DNA of 64,000 bases from a virus: the IMG/VR virus record IMGVR_UViG_3300044712_001292, positions 1 to 64,000 of that record, one strand, 5' to 3'. How positions within the stretch are numbered: position 1 is the stretch's first letter; each line of letters opens with the position of its first letter. Shown here one piece after another: positions 53,114 to 62,397 of the stretch. Under the pieces are notes generated by a model that was not told the DNA's origin, did not search any database, and worked only from the letters and a program-made list of their open reading frames with translations. The translations under genes were made by a program, and so were the position numbers.

Positions 53114-53880
53114 ACTTCTGGAAGCTTGCTCAGGATATACAGCTTGCGAAGCCGCCGCTCGATAGCCTCGGAGGGTTTCAGCAGCCGGCCCTGCTTGGCA
53201 CATACACGCGCAGAGGTGACCTCGTACTCGGCGACCCCGGCGCAGAGGCTATGCGGCATGCGCGTATGCAACCGCATTTCTATAGGTCGCCACACATGGT
53301 GGCCTCCGAACTGAATAGTCGTCGTGTGCCAGCAGCCGCGCTCCCGTATCCGGCGTCCATGCTGCCACCTGGCATGGCAGACACGGCTCCGCCGCAGGAT
53401 CCGACGAAGTCGTACCTGGACGGGTACATGACTAACAACGTCAGGCGCACGGTATCGGCTCCGCGTGACCCGCAGGGGAACGTATCGCTGTTGTCGCTGT
53501 ATCACGAAAAGGCGCATCAGAGCGATCCGGCGGAACTCGTTACGCGTGACCTCGAGCGAGAGATTCCAGCAGCGGTAGCAGACACGTCTGCGTACATGCA
53601 GAATGAGCTGCCGTACACCCCAGCAGGCGTTGACAGGGCGCAGACGGTGGTGAACCGTATGGCGCAGTACGATACGTCTATACCACCGTGGGTTTACAGT
53701 CACATGCTCAAGTATGGGCCGAAGGTACGGTTCGACAGTCCGGAGGAGGACGCTAAGTCGGTGCGCGACTGGATACGCTCTCTGCGCAGGAACACGGAGC
53801 TTGGGAACAAGTACCGTGCGTGGGCCGCCTCTCCCGCCGTAGGACCTGTTTTTAAGGCACCGCCCGCCATCGCATGGTAG
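53110..53880 (+). CDS. hypothetical protein with HExxH motif
   Basis: ATGA overlap with RNAP gene; SLYHEKAH...E. Confidence 0.6.
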   Translation: MNFWKLAQDIQLAKPPLDSLGGFQQPALLGTYTRRGDLVLGDPGAEAMRHARMQPHFYRSPHMVASELNSRRVPAAALPYPASMLPPGMADTAPPQDPTKSYLDGYMTNNVRRTVSAPRDPQGNVSLLSLYHEKAHQSDPAELVTRDLEREIPAAVADTSAYMQNELPYTPAGVDRAQTVVNRMAQYDTSIPPWVYSHMLKYGPKVRFDSPEEDAKSVRDWIRSLRRNTELGNKYRAWAASPAVGPVFKAPPAIAW

Positions 53881-53917
53881 CCGTGGACTACCCCGTAACT
53901 CCCTATAGGATCTGACC

Positions 53918-54544
53918 ATGATCTCCGCGCAGCGTCTCTTCAAGCGTGCTCTGGCTGAAAAGCTGGCCTTCACTCCGATGGGTGCCTCTCAGCAGGCCGC
54001 CGGCCCTGGCGGTGCTCCCGTCTCCCCTGGGCAGCCGCCTCCTGCCGGTCCTCCTGGCGCTCCGATGGATCCCGCCGCTATGGGCGGCGCTCCGATGGAC
54101 CCTGCTGCTATGGGTGGAGCTCCTCCGATGGATCCGTCCATGGCCGGAGCCCCTCCGATGGATCCCGCTGCTATGGGTGGAGCTCCTCCGATGGACCCGT
54201 CCGCCATGGGTGGCATGCCGCCCCTGGATCCGTCCATGCTCGGTGCCCCGCCGGAAGCTCCTCCTGTAAACGATCCGTCCACAGACGTGGATAGTGACGG
54301 CAAGCCGGACACGATGGTCCCGCTGGCAGCGATGAAGGACTTCGCCGTCGGTATCATCGAGGCGATGAAGGGCCGCCAGACCGCTCCGGCCAAGGCTGAG
54401 AAGGAGAAGGCGGAGGCAGCCGCAGCCGCCGATTCGATGTCCATGCCTGGCCCTGTGACTGGGCAGCCTGGGTTCGATCCGTCGATGATTTCCGGACCGC
54501 TGAAGACCGCCTCTGTGTTGACAAAGGTCCTGCGGAAGCGCTGA
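53918..54544 (+). CDS. Pro/Met/Gly-rich low-complexity protein
   Basis: MDP[AS][AM]..GAPP repeats. Confidence 0.75.
   Translation: MISAQRLFKRALAEKLAFTPMGASQQAAGPGGAPVSPGQPPPAGPPGAPMDPAAMGGAPMDPAAMGGAPPMDPSMAGAPPMDPAAMGGAPPMDPSAMGGMPPLDPSMLGAPPEAPPVNDPSTDVDSDGKPDTMVPLAAMKDFAVGIIEAMKGRQTAPAKAEKEKAEAAAAADSMSMPGPVTGQPGFDPSMISGPLKTASVLTKVLRKR
54058..54252 (+). repeat. six imperfect 30-33 bp tandem repeats (PMDPAAMGGAP)
   Basis: ctccgatggatcc/ggacc units. Confidence 0.9.
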
Positions 54545-54545
54545 C

Positions 54546-56267
54546 ATGTTGGGCCTGCTGTACGTGAAGCTCGCTGCTGAAGGCGAGGCCCCGGACTGGC
54601 TCACGCGTATGGGCGTAGGTGCCCCAGCGCCGACCTACGGCGCCGGTCTTCCCGTGACGTCTGGTACGTCGACCATATTCGGCGCTGCAAGCGGTATCAT
54701 AGGTGACGCAGACCCGGACGTCGGGCTCGTCATGAACCTGCTGCAGCCCTTCTTGCGGGATCTACTGCCGAAGGATATCGCCGAGAAGCTGACGCAACAG
54801 CAGCAGCGCATCGCCACTGGCGCAGGCACGTTGGCGCAGTCGTCGCAGATCTCCAACATACTCATGGGCGCGAACCAGTCGCTCATGGACCAGCAGGCAG
54901 AGCGGCTGGGTAGAGTACTGACGGGAAGCGCTGATCAGGTCGAGAACCCGCTCGCGAAGAAGGGCCTGACGTGGCTCGCTAACCTTGCTACGTCGCATCC
55001 TAAAGAGGCTGGTAAGCTGGTGCAGATGGCTCGCACCATGCAGATCCCGGTTCTGTCCCCCGCACTGAACGTGCTGTTCCGTGATGTACCGCTGACGTAC
55101 ATGCCGCTTGTGCAGGCGTCGTACGACATGGGTGGTGATGAGCAGTCTCCGCAGGTCCTCGAGGAACTGCTGAACAACTACAACAAGGCGTATAGCGCCG
55201 GTGTATTCAAGGACGCGGAAGGTAACCAGCTTGACGCATCGATGGCGATGGCCGGGTTTGGGCTGGCAGCGCACTCGCTTGGCTCTCGCGCGACACTCAG
55301 CGATAGCGTCAACCTTGCCCGCGCAGCGTCGTACGTCACGACCGCCGGTCTCGCTTCGAACCCGCAGGTCGCCTACGAGATCGTTCGTCAGATGGGCCCT
55401 GAGCAGGTGCTGCGCGACCTGAACGGGTTCGCCACGAAGATGAAGACCATCAGCGCCCGTATGCAGGGGGCGTCGATCGGTGATAAGCAGTCGGCAATGC
55501 TGAAGACTCTCGAGCTGTCCGAGAAGACGGGCCTCCCGTTCGAGCACGGTATCGCCAATACGCTGATGCAGGCGGAACGTGAGAAGGTGTTCCGTCAGAG
55601 CGGTAAGACGCCACAAGAGCTATCGCAGATCGCGTCGCTGCAGCAGGCCCGCCAGCAGGCGGACACGGAGGGTTTCGCCCAGGCGGACACCACGCGTGGC
55701 CTCACCGCATGGGCCATGGAGACCCAGGAAGGCAACGCGGCGCTAAACGAGTTCCTTCGCAACCCGTCAGCAGAAGCCGCCTCGGATATGCTCACGCGAG
55801 CCCGCCAGTCGGGTGCGTGGTATAATCGCAATAACTACAACCCCAGCATCCTGCGTCAGAAGTTCGGGCCGGAGCACTTCGAGGCGTTTGCTACGGGTGA
55901 GCAGCTGGACCTGGCACGTGAGTTGGGCGGTCAGCAGGGCTCGTTCTATCAGATGCTGCAGAACCGCGATCAGTATAAGCAGCTGTTCGAGGACCCGCTG
56001 AGCGCCCCAGCTAGCATGCGTGAACAGTTCGCGAGCATGCCGGGCTATGTTCGTAAGCAGCTCATGAACCCGGCCGTTCGCGCGGCTTTCGTGAATGACT
56101 ACGCTCGACGTCAGGTTCAGGCTCCGCGTCCGGCCGTACTGCCAGACATTCAGCAGTTCTCTCCGGAAGAGATGGAGCAGATGCCGAAGCCAGCCGCGAC
56201 CCCGGCCACACCGACACAGGAGGGGCCTGACAATGTTGGTCCAGCTCCGACACCAGGAAAGCGGTAA
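54546..56267 (+). CDS. hypothetical helical protein (putative virion protein)
   Basis: 573 aa Ala/Gln/Leu-rich. Confidence 0.7.
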   Translation: MLGLLYVKLAAEGEAPDWLTRMGVGAPAPTYGAGLPVTSGTSTIFGAASGIIGDADPDVGLVMNLLQPFLRDLLPKDIAEKLTQQQQRIATGAGTLAQSSQISNILMGANQSLMDQQAERLGRVLTGSADQVENPLAKKGLTWLANLATSHPKEAGKLVQMARTMQIPVLSPALNVLFRDVPLTYMPLVQASYDMGGDEQSPQVLEELLNNYNKAYSAGVFKDAEGNQLDASMAMAGFGLAAHSLGSRATLSDSVNLARAASYVTTAGLASNPQVAYEIVRQMGPEQVLRDLNGFATKMKTISARMQGASIGDKQSAMLKTLELSEKTGLPFEHGIANTLMQAEREKVFRQSGKTPQELSQIASLQQARQQADTEGFAQADTTRGLTAWAMETQEGNAALNEFLRNPSAEAASDMLTRARQSGAWYNRNNYNPSILRQKFGPEHFEAFATGEQLDLARELGGQQGSFYQMLQNRDQYKQLFEDPLSAPASMREQFASMPGYVRKQLMNPAVRAAFVNDYARRQVQAPRPAVLPDIQQFSPEEMEQMPKPAATPATPTQEGPDNVGPAPTPGKR

Positions 56268-56439
56268 AATCTACGTCATACCGGCTTCCCAGGTCGTTGT
56301 ATTCAACGATGACGGGGATCCTGTCGACATTACGTACGAGCGCGACCGCCTGATCCTCTGTACTGACGCTGGACAGTCGGATTTCGTCAACACGATAGCC
56401 GCTCTTAAGATATCCAAGCTGGACACGAAACGTGGCTGA
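56233..56439 (+). CDS. small hypothetical protein
   Basis: start re-called at MLVQLRH after GGAGGGG. Confidence 0.6.
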   Translation: MLVQLRHQESGKIYVIPASQVVVFNDDGDPVDITYERDRLILCTDAGQSDFVNTIAALKISKLDTKRG

Positions 56440-58309
56440 AAAGCTGACGAACATCGGTGCGCTATTGATCAGCGAAGCCCTTCCCGAGGAGCTGCGTCAG
56501 GATCAGTACGACCTCAATAAGAAGTCCGTACACGACCTGTTCATGAAAGTGGCCAACACGTACCCTGACCGGTACAAGGATATCCTGCAGAAGCTGTCGG
56601 ATGTCGGTGCCACGGCCGCGTGGACAGAGGGGGCGAGTGTTAGCCTCTCGGCGTTAAAGCGTTCAGCTGCGAAGGAGAAGGTGCTGGCTGATGTTCGCCG
56701 TCAGGTACAGTCCATCATCGACGACGATAACCTGACGGACGACCAGCGTGAGAAGGCCATTGTCGAGGCCCTCATCGACAAGATCGAGCCTGTACAGAAA
56801 GCGGTGTACGAAGAATCGAAGCAGGAGGGCAGCCCGTTCGTCATGCAGCTCGACAGCGGTGCGCGTGGAAAGAAGACGGATATCAACAGCCTGAGAGGCG
56901 CAGACCTGCTTGCTACCGACGCACAGGATCGCTTCCTGCCTGTCCCGCTGTGGCGGAGCTATGCTGAAGGCATGACCCCTGCGCAGTATTTCGCGGCAAG
57001 CTACGGACAGCGTAAGGGTGCGGTCGGCGTGAAGCTGGCTACTGCCGACGCAGGCTATATGGCCAAGCGCCTGGCGAATGCGGCACATCGGTTCGTTGTC
57101 AGCCGTGAGACACCTCCTCAGGCACGCCTGCCCGTTGGTCTTCCGGTACCAGTAAAGGACCGGGATAATGTAGGGTCATACCTCGCGCAGGACGCCGGAC
57201 CGTTGAAGGCAGGCACGTTGCTGACAAGCGATCACCTCGATGATCTCGAGGACGCGGGCGTCGACGAGATACTCGTCCACTCACCGATGACCGAGCCGTC
57301 TGAGGACGGCGGCATCAGCCGCCTCGCCGCCGGCAAGCGCCTGAGTTCAGGCCCAGCGCCTATCGGAGAGAACATCGGTCTTCAGTCGGCACAGACCATC
57401 GGCGAGCGTCTCAGCCAGGGCGCTCTAGGGGCGAAGCACAAAGAGCTGTCGTCAACGACGGTTGACAAGTCCGGTATCGAGTATTTGAACAGACTGCTCG
57501 ACGCCCCTGAGAACTTTCCAGAGGCCGGACCCCTTGCTGAGGAGGACGGCGTCGTCGGCAACATCGTGAAGGCTCCGCAGGGCGGCCACCATCTCTCCAT
57601 CGGTAAGCGGACCTATTACATCCCAGAGGGCATAAACCCGGTTGTAAAGTCTGGCGACCATGTGGAAGCCGGAGACGAGTTGACCGACGGAACACCCCAC
57701 CCGGAGCAGCTGGTGCGCCTTCGTGGTGTCGGCGAGGCTCGGCGGGTCTACATGCAGCACTTCCGCGACGCGCTGGCGGCATCCGGTGCGACTACGCACC
57801 GCCGGAATCTCGAGCCGGTTGTTGCGGGACTGTTGAATTGGGCCCGTGTCACGAACCCCGACGGCATAGGCGATAACGTGTACGACGACGTCGTACCAGT
57901 AAACCGTCTTATAAGTCAATACAAGCCAAGGCCTAATGCGAAGGAAGACTCTCCGGATATGTCGGTAAACCGCTATCTGGAAGAGCCCGTACTGCACTAC
58001 ACGCCGGGAACTCGTATTACGAAGCGGGTAGCTAACCATCTGAAGAAGTGGAATATCAAGTCCGTGTTCACGCACGACAGCCCTCCGGACTTCGAACCGC
58101 AGATGGTCAGGTCGATGTATTCCGTCTTCTACGACCCCGACTGGCGTACGAAACTCCTTGGTTTCTACACATCAAACGCGTTTATGCAGTCGCTACACCG
58201 TGGTGCTGAGTCTGACACGGCAAGCACGTCCTACGCCCCCGCCCTCGCCAAGCCGTCCGTTCTTGGCCGTCACCTCTCCTCCCTTGGCAAATACGGACAT
58301 GCCCGTTAG
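56432..58309 (+). CDS. rpoC: RNA polymerase beta-prime C-terminal half
   Basis: SGARG; bridge helix SYAEGMTPAQYF...RKG...TADAGYMAKRL; trigger loop GENIGLQSAQTIGERLSQ. Confidence 0.9.
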   Translation: MAEKLTNIGALLISEALPEELRQDQYDLNKKSVHDLFMKVANTYPDRYKDILQKLSDVGATAAWTEGASVSLSALKRSAAKEKVLADVRRQVQSIIDDDNLTDDQREKAIVEALIDKIEPVQKAVYEESKQEGSPFVMQLDSGARGKKTDINSLRGADLLATDAQDRFLPVPLWRSYAEGMTPAQYFAASYGQRKGAVGVKLATADAGYMAKRLANAAHRFVVSRETPPQARLPVGLPVPVKDRDNVGSYLAQDAGPLKAGTLLTSDHLDDLEDAGVDEILVHSPMTEPSEDGGISRLAAGKRLSSGPAPIGENIGLQSAQTIGERLSQGALGAKHKELSSTTVDKSGIEYLNRLLDAPENFPEAGPLAEEDGVVGNIVKAPQGGHHLSIGKRTYYIPEGINPVVKSGDHVEAGDELTDGTPHPEQLVRLRGVGEARRVYMQHFRDALAASGATTHRRNLEPVVAGLLNWARVTNPDGIGDNVYDDVVPVNRLISQYKPRPNAKEDSPDMSVNRYLEEPVLHYTPGTRITKRVANHLKKWNIKSVFTHDSPPDFEPQMVRSMYSVFYDPDWRTKLLGFYTSNAFMQSLHRGAESDTASTSYAPALAKPSVLGRHLSSLGKYGHAR

Positions 58310-58334
58310 ACTCTGGCACGGATAAGGATACGTC

Positions 58335-60521
58335 ATGCCCGACACCAATGAGACCATGCTGGAGAAGACGTTTTCGGACCTGGCGTATACTACGCTACGG
58401 GATCGGGCTTCGCCGCTGCTGGATTACCTGATCGGTTTCCAGATGCTCAAGCAGGAAGAAGAGGGTCGGCGTGCAGTCGGCATCTTCGGCTTCGAGATCG
58501 ACGGCAAGGTCTACTACGGCCCAGTGTTCTTCCTGAACGGTGAGGTACGCGGGCTGGACTCGCTCTACTCCGTCGACGGCGACCTCTTCGTTCCGCTTGT
58601 CGAATCGTGGATCAACGCGATCATCAATAAGCGTCAGCTCGAGGTCGGCAAGGTCGATACACGCAGTGGCAATGAGCGCGGTGTACGTGTTCCGAGCTAC
58701 GTCCGTCTGAAGACGCTTCCGTCGTCGCACGGCACCGTCAACCTCAAGCTGGCCGCCGACCATATGCTGGCTGCCCGCGATTACGACGATGTGATCGATG
58801 TGCCGGAGGCGCTGAGGCAGGCCGGTGCGGTGACGCTGTTCAAGGAGGCGATGGCTAAGCACCCACGCCTGCGTGAGGCAGTCGAGCAGTTCTACGACAT
58901 GATGGATTTCACGCAGCCACAGGCGCAGGAGAAGAAGGCAGCGGAGACCCGCCCCGTCACCCTGATCAACTCTGTGACGGCTGAAGGCGTGGACGCCCTG
59001 ACCGACGAACAGCGCAAGACCATCATGGAAGGTGGAGTCGCTGTCATCGACAAGCGTCCGGAAGTGAATAAGTCGGTGCTCTACGCTACCGAGGCTCGCC
59101 GCGTGCTCGAGAACCCCACTGAGGGCGGCCTCTACGATGTCCTGTGGGCTGACGGTTCCGTCGAGCCTGCGTTCGTCATGCCGACCACCGACGCACTGCC
59201 GACGTTCTTCGTCATGCGTCTCAGCGACGGCAAGCACTGCGAGATCGACGGGCGGCAGATCTACACGCTGCGGCAGTATTCGAAGGCGGAGTACGCCAAG
59301 CAGCTCGACGAGGCCGGCAAGGTCCCGTCCGACGTAACGCCTGGCGACGTGGCTGTGTTCGCGTCCTACGACGGTGTATGCTCGGAAGGCTTCTGCATCC
59401 GTCAGAAGGATTCCGGCCTGAATGGCACGGTGGTGCTGACGCCGCAGGACGTGTACTACTGCAAGTCGAACGGCCTGTTCCGCTCCTCCCCGATCGGTTA
59501 CAGCGAGGCCCCGAGCCGTAACCGGTGGCGCCGCCCCAACCCGAATGATCGCGTTGAGTCCATCATCGTTGGCGGTTTCGGTTCCAAGGAGCCGATCTAC
59601 ACCGGCAATAAGCTGGTTGTGAACGACAAGGGCTTCCGCGCCATCATCGTCAACCGTGCGAAGTTCCTATCGAAGGAGACCTACGTTCAGGAGGAGTACA
59701 CCGAGAACAAGCCGGATGTCCAGCTCGCAGAGACGGATTTCGGGGACTACGACACTGTCATACGTCAGTTGCAGAAGAGCGCACAGGAAGTCGTAACCTG
59801 GCGCACCGACAACCAGATCAACATTCGTGATCAGCGTGGGACAGCGGTTCTGAACAAGACCGCCGCGATCGCACACCTGATCTTCAACCACGGACTGAGC
59901 GAGTCTGATGCTCGGCTGGTCGTTGATGGTGTACGAAACGACACGCAGACGTACTACGTCAAGTACGCCTCGAGCTTCGAAGGCTTCCAGCAGTTCCCGC
60001 CGGACGATATCGACCAGACCTACGGCAACGAGATGACGGCGTACATGCCTGGTCAGGTGCCGATCTCCGTGCAGTCGGTGCAGACACCGCGCGACAACCG
60101 CGAGTTCTACATGTATCAGTCGCCGTTTGCTGGCGGTGGTCATGAGGGTAACGGTATCAACAATCCGCTGAGCGAGGTCATGCAGGCAGCCTCAACGGGG
60201 CAGAAGGAAGTGTTCGACGCCTCCGTGCTCGGCTCCCTGCTGAAGTCGCATGCGCCTGTCGAACTGGTGGATCGGTTTATGCCGACCATCGTTACCGGTA
60301 TGGATCGTCTCGGTCGCATACTCTTCCTGCTCATGTGGCACTACGATGAGTTCGAAGAACGCTACGGCGAGAACGACCTGTCCGAGCTGCTCGACAACCT
60401 GAAGTCGACGTTCAATAACCTCGGCGAGGTCGTGATGTTCCTGAAGAAGCGTACCCTGGCCGGCGACCCCGACGCCTACGGCGTGGGTGTTGGCGAGAGC
60501 AACATTGCAGGAGATGTCTGA
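58335..60521 (+). CDS. large conserved-looking virion/head protein
   Basis: 728 aa, AAGGA RBS, strong codon bias, several K-x-A motifs. Confidence 0.7.
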   Translation: MPDTNETMLEKTFSDLAYTTLRDRASPLLDYLIGFQMLKQEEEGRRAVGIFGFEIDGKVYYGPVFFLNGEVRGLDSLYSVDGDLFVPLVESWINAIINKRQLEVGKVDTRSGNERGVRVPSYVRLKTLPSSHGTVNLKLAADHMLAARDYDDVIDVPEALRQAGAVTLFKEAMAKHPRLREAVEQFYDMMDFTQPQAQEKKAAETRPVTLINSVTAEGVDALTDEQRKTIMEGGVAVIDKRPEVNKSVLYATEARRVLENPTEGGLYDVLWADGSVEPAFVMPTTDALPTFFVMRLSDGKHCEIDGRQIYTLRQYSKAEYAKQLDEAGKVPSDVTPGDVAVFASYDGVCSEGFCIRQKDSGLNGTVVLTPQDVYYCKSNGLFRSSPIGYSEAPSRNRWRRPNPNDRVESIIVGGFGSKEPIYTGNKLVVNDKGFRAIIVNRAKFLSKETYVQEEYTENKPDVQLAETDFGDYDTVIRQLQKSAQEVVTWRTDNQINIRDQRGTAVLNKTAAIAHLIFNHGLSESDARLVVDGVRNDTQTYYVKYASSFEGFQQFPPDDIDQTYGNEMTAYMPGQVPISVQSVQTPRDNREFYMYQSPFAGGGHEGNGINNPLSEVMQAASTGQKEVFDASVLGSLLKSHAPVELVDRFMPTIVTGMDRLGRILFLLMWHYDEFEERYGENDLSELLDNLKSTFNNLGEVVMFLKKRTLAGDPDAYGVGVGESNIAGDV

Positions 60522-60522
60522 C

Positions 60523-61008
60523 ATGTCCCTTCGTGAGACCTACGATCGCCAACAGGCTTTCGCCGTCGGCTTCGCTCTGGCAGCCCGTGACTGGGGACTC
60601 AGCGACGCAGAACACGCTGCTATGTGCAAGCTCGCCGCTCAGGCGGCCGCCCCGGTGCCTCCGCTGTCGGAGGACGCTCAGCGGGAGGCACAGCGTCAGA
60701 ATTTCGTCAAGCAGCGTGCTGCGCAGGTCGCTAAGGGTGGCAAGCCTGCCCCCGCTCCTGCTGTAAAGCAGGGGGCTGACAATGGTCCTCCGCTCTACTT
60801 CGAGAATGATCCGTATGCTCAGCCGCCTGCTGCCAAGCCGGCCCCGACCCCGGCGCCAGCACCAGCTCCGGCTCCAGCACCAACCCCTGCCGCCCCGCAG
60901 AAGCCCGTAGCTCCCAAGGCTCCGGCCCCACCCGTCGACCCAAAGAAGACGTCGCCCGGGTCGCTGGCCCCGAAACTGCGTGAGTTTCTGAGGAATCCGT
61001 CTCCGTGA
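60523..61008 (+). CDS. AFxxGFxxAAxDxGL-family protein with Pro/Ala tail
   Basis: QAFAVGFALAARDWGLSDAEH. Confidence 0.7.
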   Translation: MSLRETYDRQQAFAVGFALAARDWGLSDAEHAAMCKLAAQAAAPVPPLSEDAQREAQRQNFVKQRAAQVAKGGKPAPAPAVKQGADNGPPLYFENDPYAQPPAAKPAPTPAPAPAPAPAPTPAAPQKPVAPKAPAPPVDPKKTSPGSLAPKLREFLRNPSP

Positions 61009-61553
61009 AGAGCCCGCAGCGTTTTCTCAGGGACCAGCTCGTCCTTGCTCAGCACCATATTAACGATGCTGAGTCGGCGACGAATCGTGCAACGCTGCAA
61101 AGTAGCTTGTCTGATACGGAAGACATGATCCAGCGTATGGGTAGTGTCCTCCCAGCACGTGACCGCGTCAGTGTGAAAGCCGAGAAGTACCGTAAGGAAG
61201 CGGGGCTTGCTGACTCGGCACATCCTCGTACAGTAGCACCCAAGGATATATCCATGTCTTTCGCCGATCTCCTGAAGAAGGCCCATGAAGCTGAGATCAT
61301 CGACCGCGCCAATGCGTTCGACATCGGCTTCGCCCGTGCCGCTCACGACGCTGGTCTTGACGAGAGTCAGTACCAGGCCATGCGCAAGATCGCCATGGAT
61401 AAGTTGTCCGCGGACATGAAGAACGAGGCCCAGCCCGCCACCAACGAGAAGATGGGACCCGAGGCTCCTCAGCAGGAGAAGCACGAGAAGTCCGTCAAGA
61501 AGGTCAAGGACACCCCGAGCGCGATCGCCGGCTCGGGCCGCGGCTGCAAGTAA
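61005..61553 (+). CDS. AFxxGFxxAAxDxGL-family protein (alternative start 61254 with AAGGA RBS)
   Basis: NAFDIGFARAAHDAGLDESQY. Confidence 0.7.
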   Translation: MKSPQRFLRDQLVLAQHHINDAESATNRATLQSSLSDTEDMIQRMGSVLPARDRVSVKAEKYRKEAGLADSAHPRTVAPKDISMSFADLLKKAHEAEIIDRANAFDIGFARAAHDAGLDESQYQAMRKIAMDKLSADMKNEAQPATNEKMGPEAPQQEKHEKSVKKVKDTPSAIAGSGRGCK

Positions 61554-61608
61554 ACCTCGCGCATACGTAGGCTGTTGATTACTAACAGCCTACGTATAGT
61601 ATGCGTCT

Positions 61609-62397
61609 ATGCTTGCTCCTGACAAGCCGGATTGGCGCTGGCACGTTGTAACGCCGCTGCTGGAATTTTCCGCGGTACACGCTGCCCCGTATATTCAAAA
61701 GCTCGACCCAGCAACCCAAAAGGTCTACCGGTTCCGCCGGCAATTTCGTGACCGCGCGGTCACAACGCTTGGGGAGTTCGTCAACGCGCACGAAGTGTGG
61801 ATGAACCGCCCGTATCAGCGAGCCGTGCTTGAGGGCCTCCTCGTTGGCGGAGCTACTGATGACGTCATTCAAGGGGAGATGGAGATCGGTAAAGACGACA
61901 TCAGTGCCTACGTATCCATGTTTTTCGATATTCGCGGTCGGAAGCGCGTTGATATCGCTAACATGGTATTCCAGGGTATGCCCCATAAAGGGTTTCATCC
62001 GCAGGATCGCACCGGTTCGCTGCATCGATTGGGTTGGTTCGGGGGCCACAAGTTAATACGCGCTATCCTGGCCCAGGGTCTGAACGCTGACGAAGAACAG
62101 CTGCTGTGCGCCAAGGTCTGCCGTGATATCGTGCGTCGCCAGCTTCCGGAAATCGGCCTCAATACAGGCACGCAGTCGCAGTTCGCCCCCGATGTGCTCC
62201 GTCTGTCCACCGAATGGGATGAGGGCACTAAGACCGATGACGACCCGTTGTCCGAGGTTGCCGGCCACCTGGTTCAGTTGGTGCGCGGCCCGGGTAGCAG
62301 CGGTGGCGTGAGCGTTGCAGACCCCTCAGACCCAGCTAATCTCAACCTGCCGGCCGCTGAGCCGCCCTACGTCGTACCCCATGAGGCTCGCCCATGA
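61609..62397 (+). CDS. hypothetical protein
   Basis: 262 aa; ATGA overlap with next ORF. Confidence 0.7.
   Translation: MLAPDKPDWRWHVVTPLLEFSAVHAAPYIQKLDPATQKVYRFRRQFRDRAVTTLGEFVNAHEVWMNRPYQRAVLEGLLVGGATDDVIQGEMEIGKDDISAYVSMFFDIRGRKRVDIANMVFQGMPHKGFHPQDRTGSLHRLGWFGGHKLIRAILAQGLNADEEQLLCAKVCRDIVRRQLPEIGLNTGTQSQFAPDVLRLSTEWDEGTKTDDDPLSEVAGHLVQLVRGPGSSGGVSVADPSDPANLNLPAAEPPYVVPHEARP

Noticed and set aside
54058-54252. CRISPR array or DGR template/variable repeats (also 28093-28255 and 17742/19998)
   Set aside because: Repeats are in-frame coding units without unique spacers, differences are mostly synonymous rather than adenine-specific, and no cas or reverse transcriptase gene is present.
1671-59237. 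Long minus-strand ORFs (e.g. 1671..2600, 41329..42141, 45624..46637, 54762..55616, 58395..59237)
   Set aside because: Antisense shadows of GC3-rich + strand genes, with no recognisable motifs.
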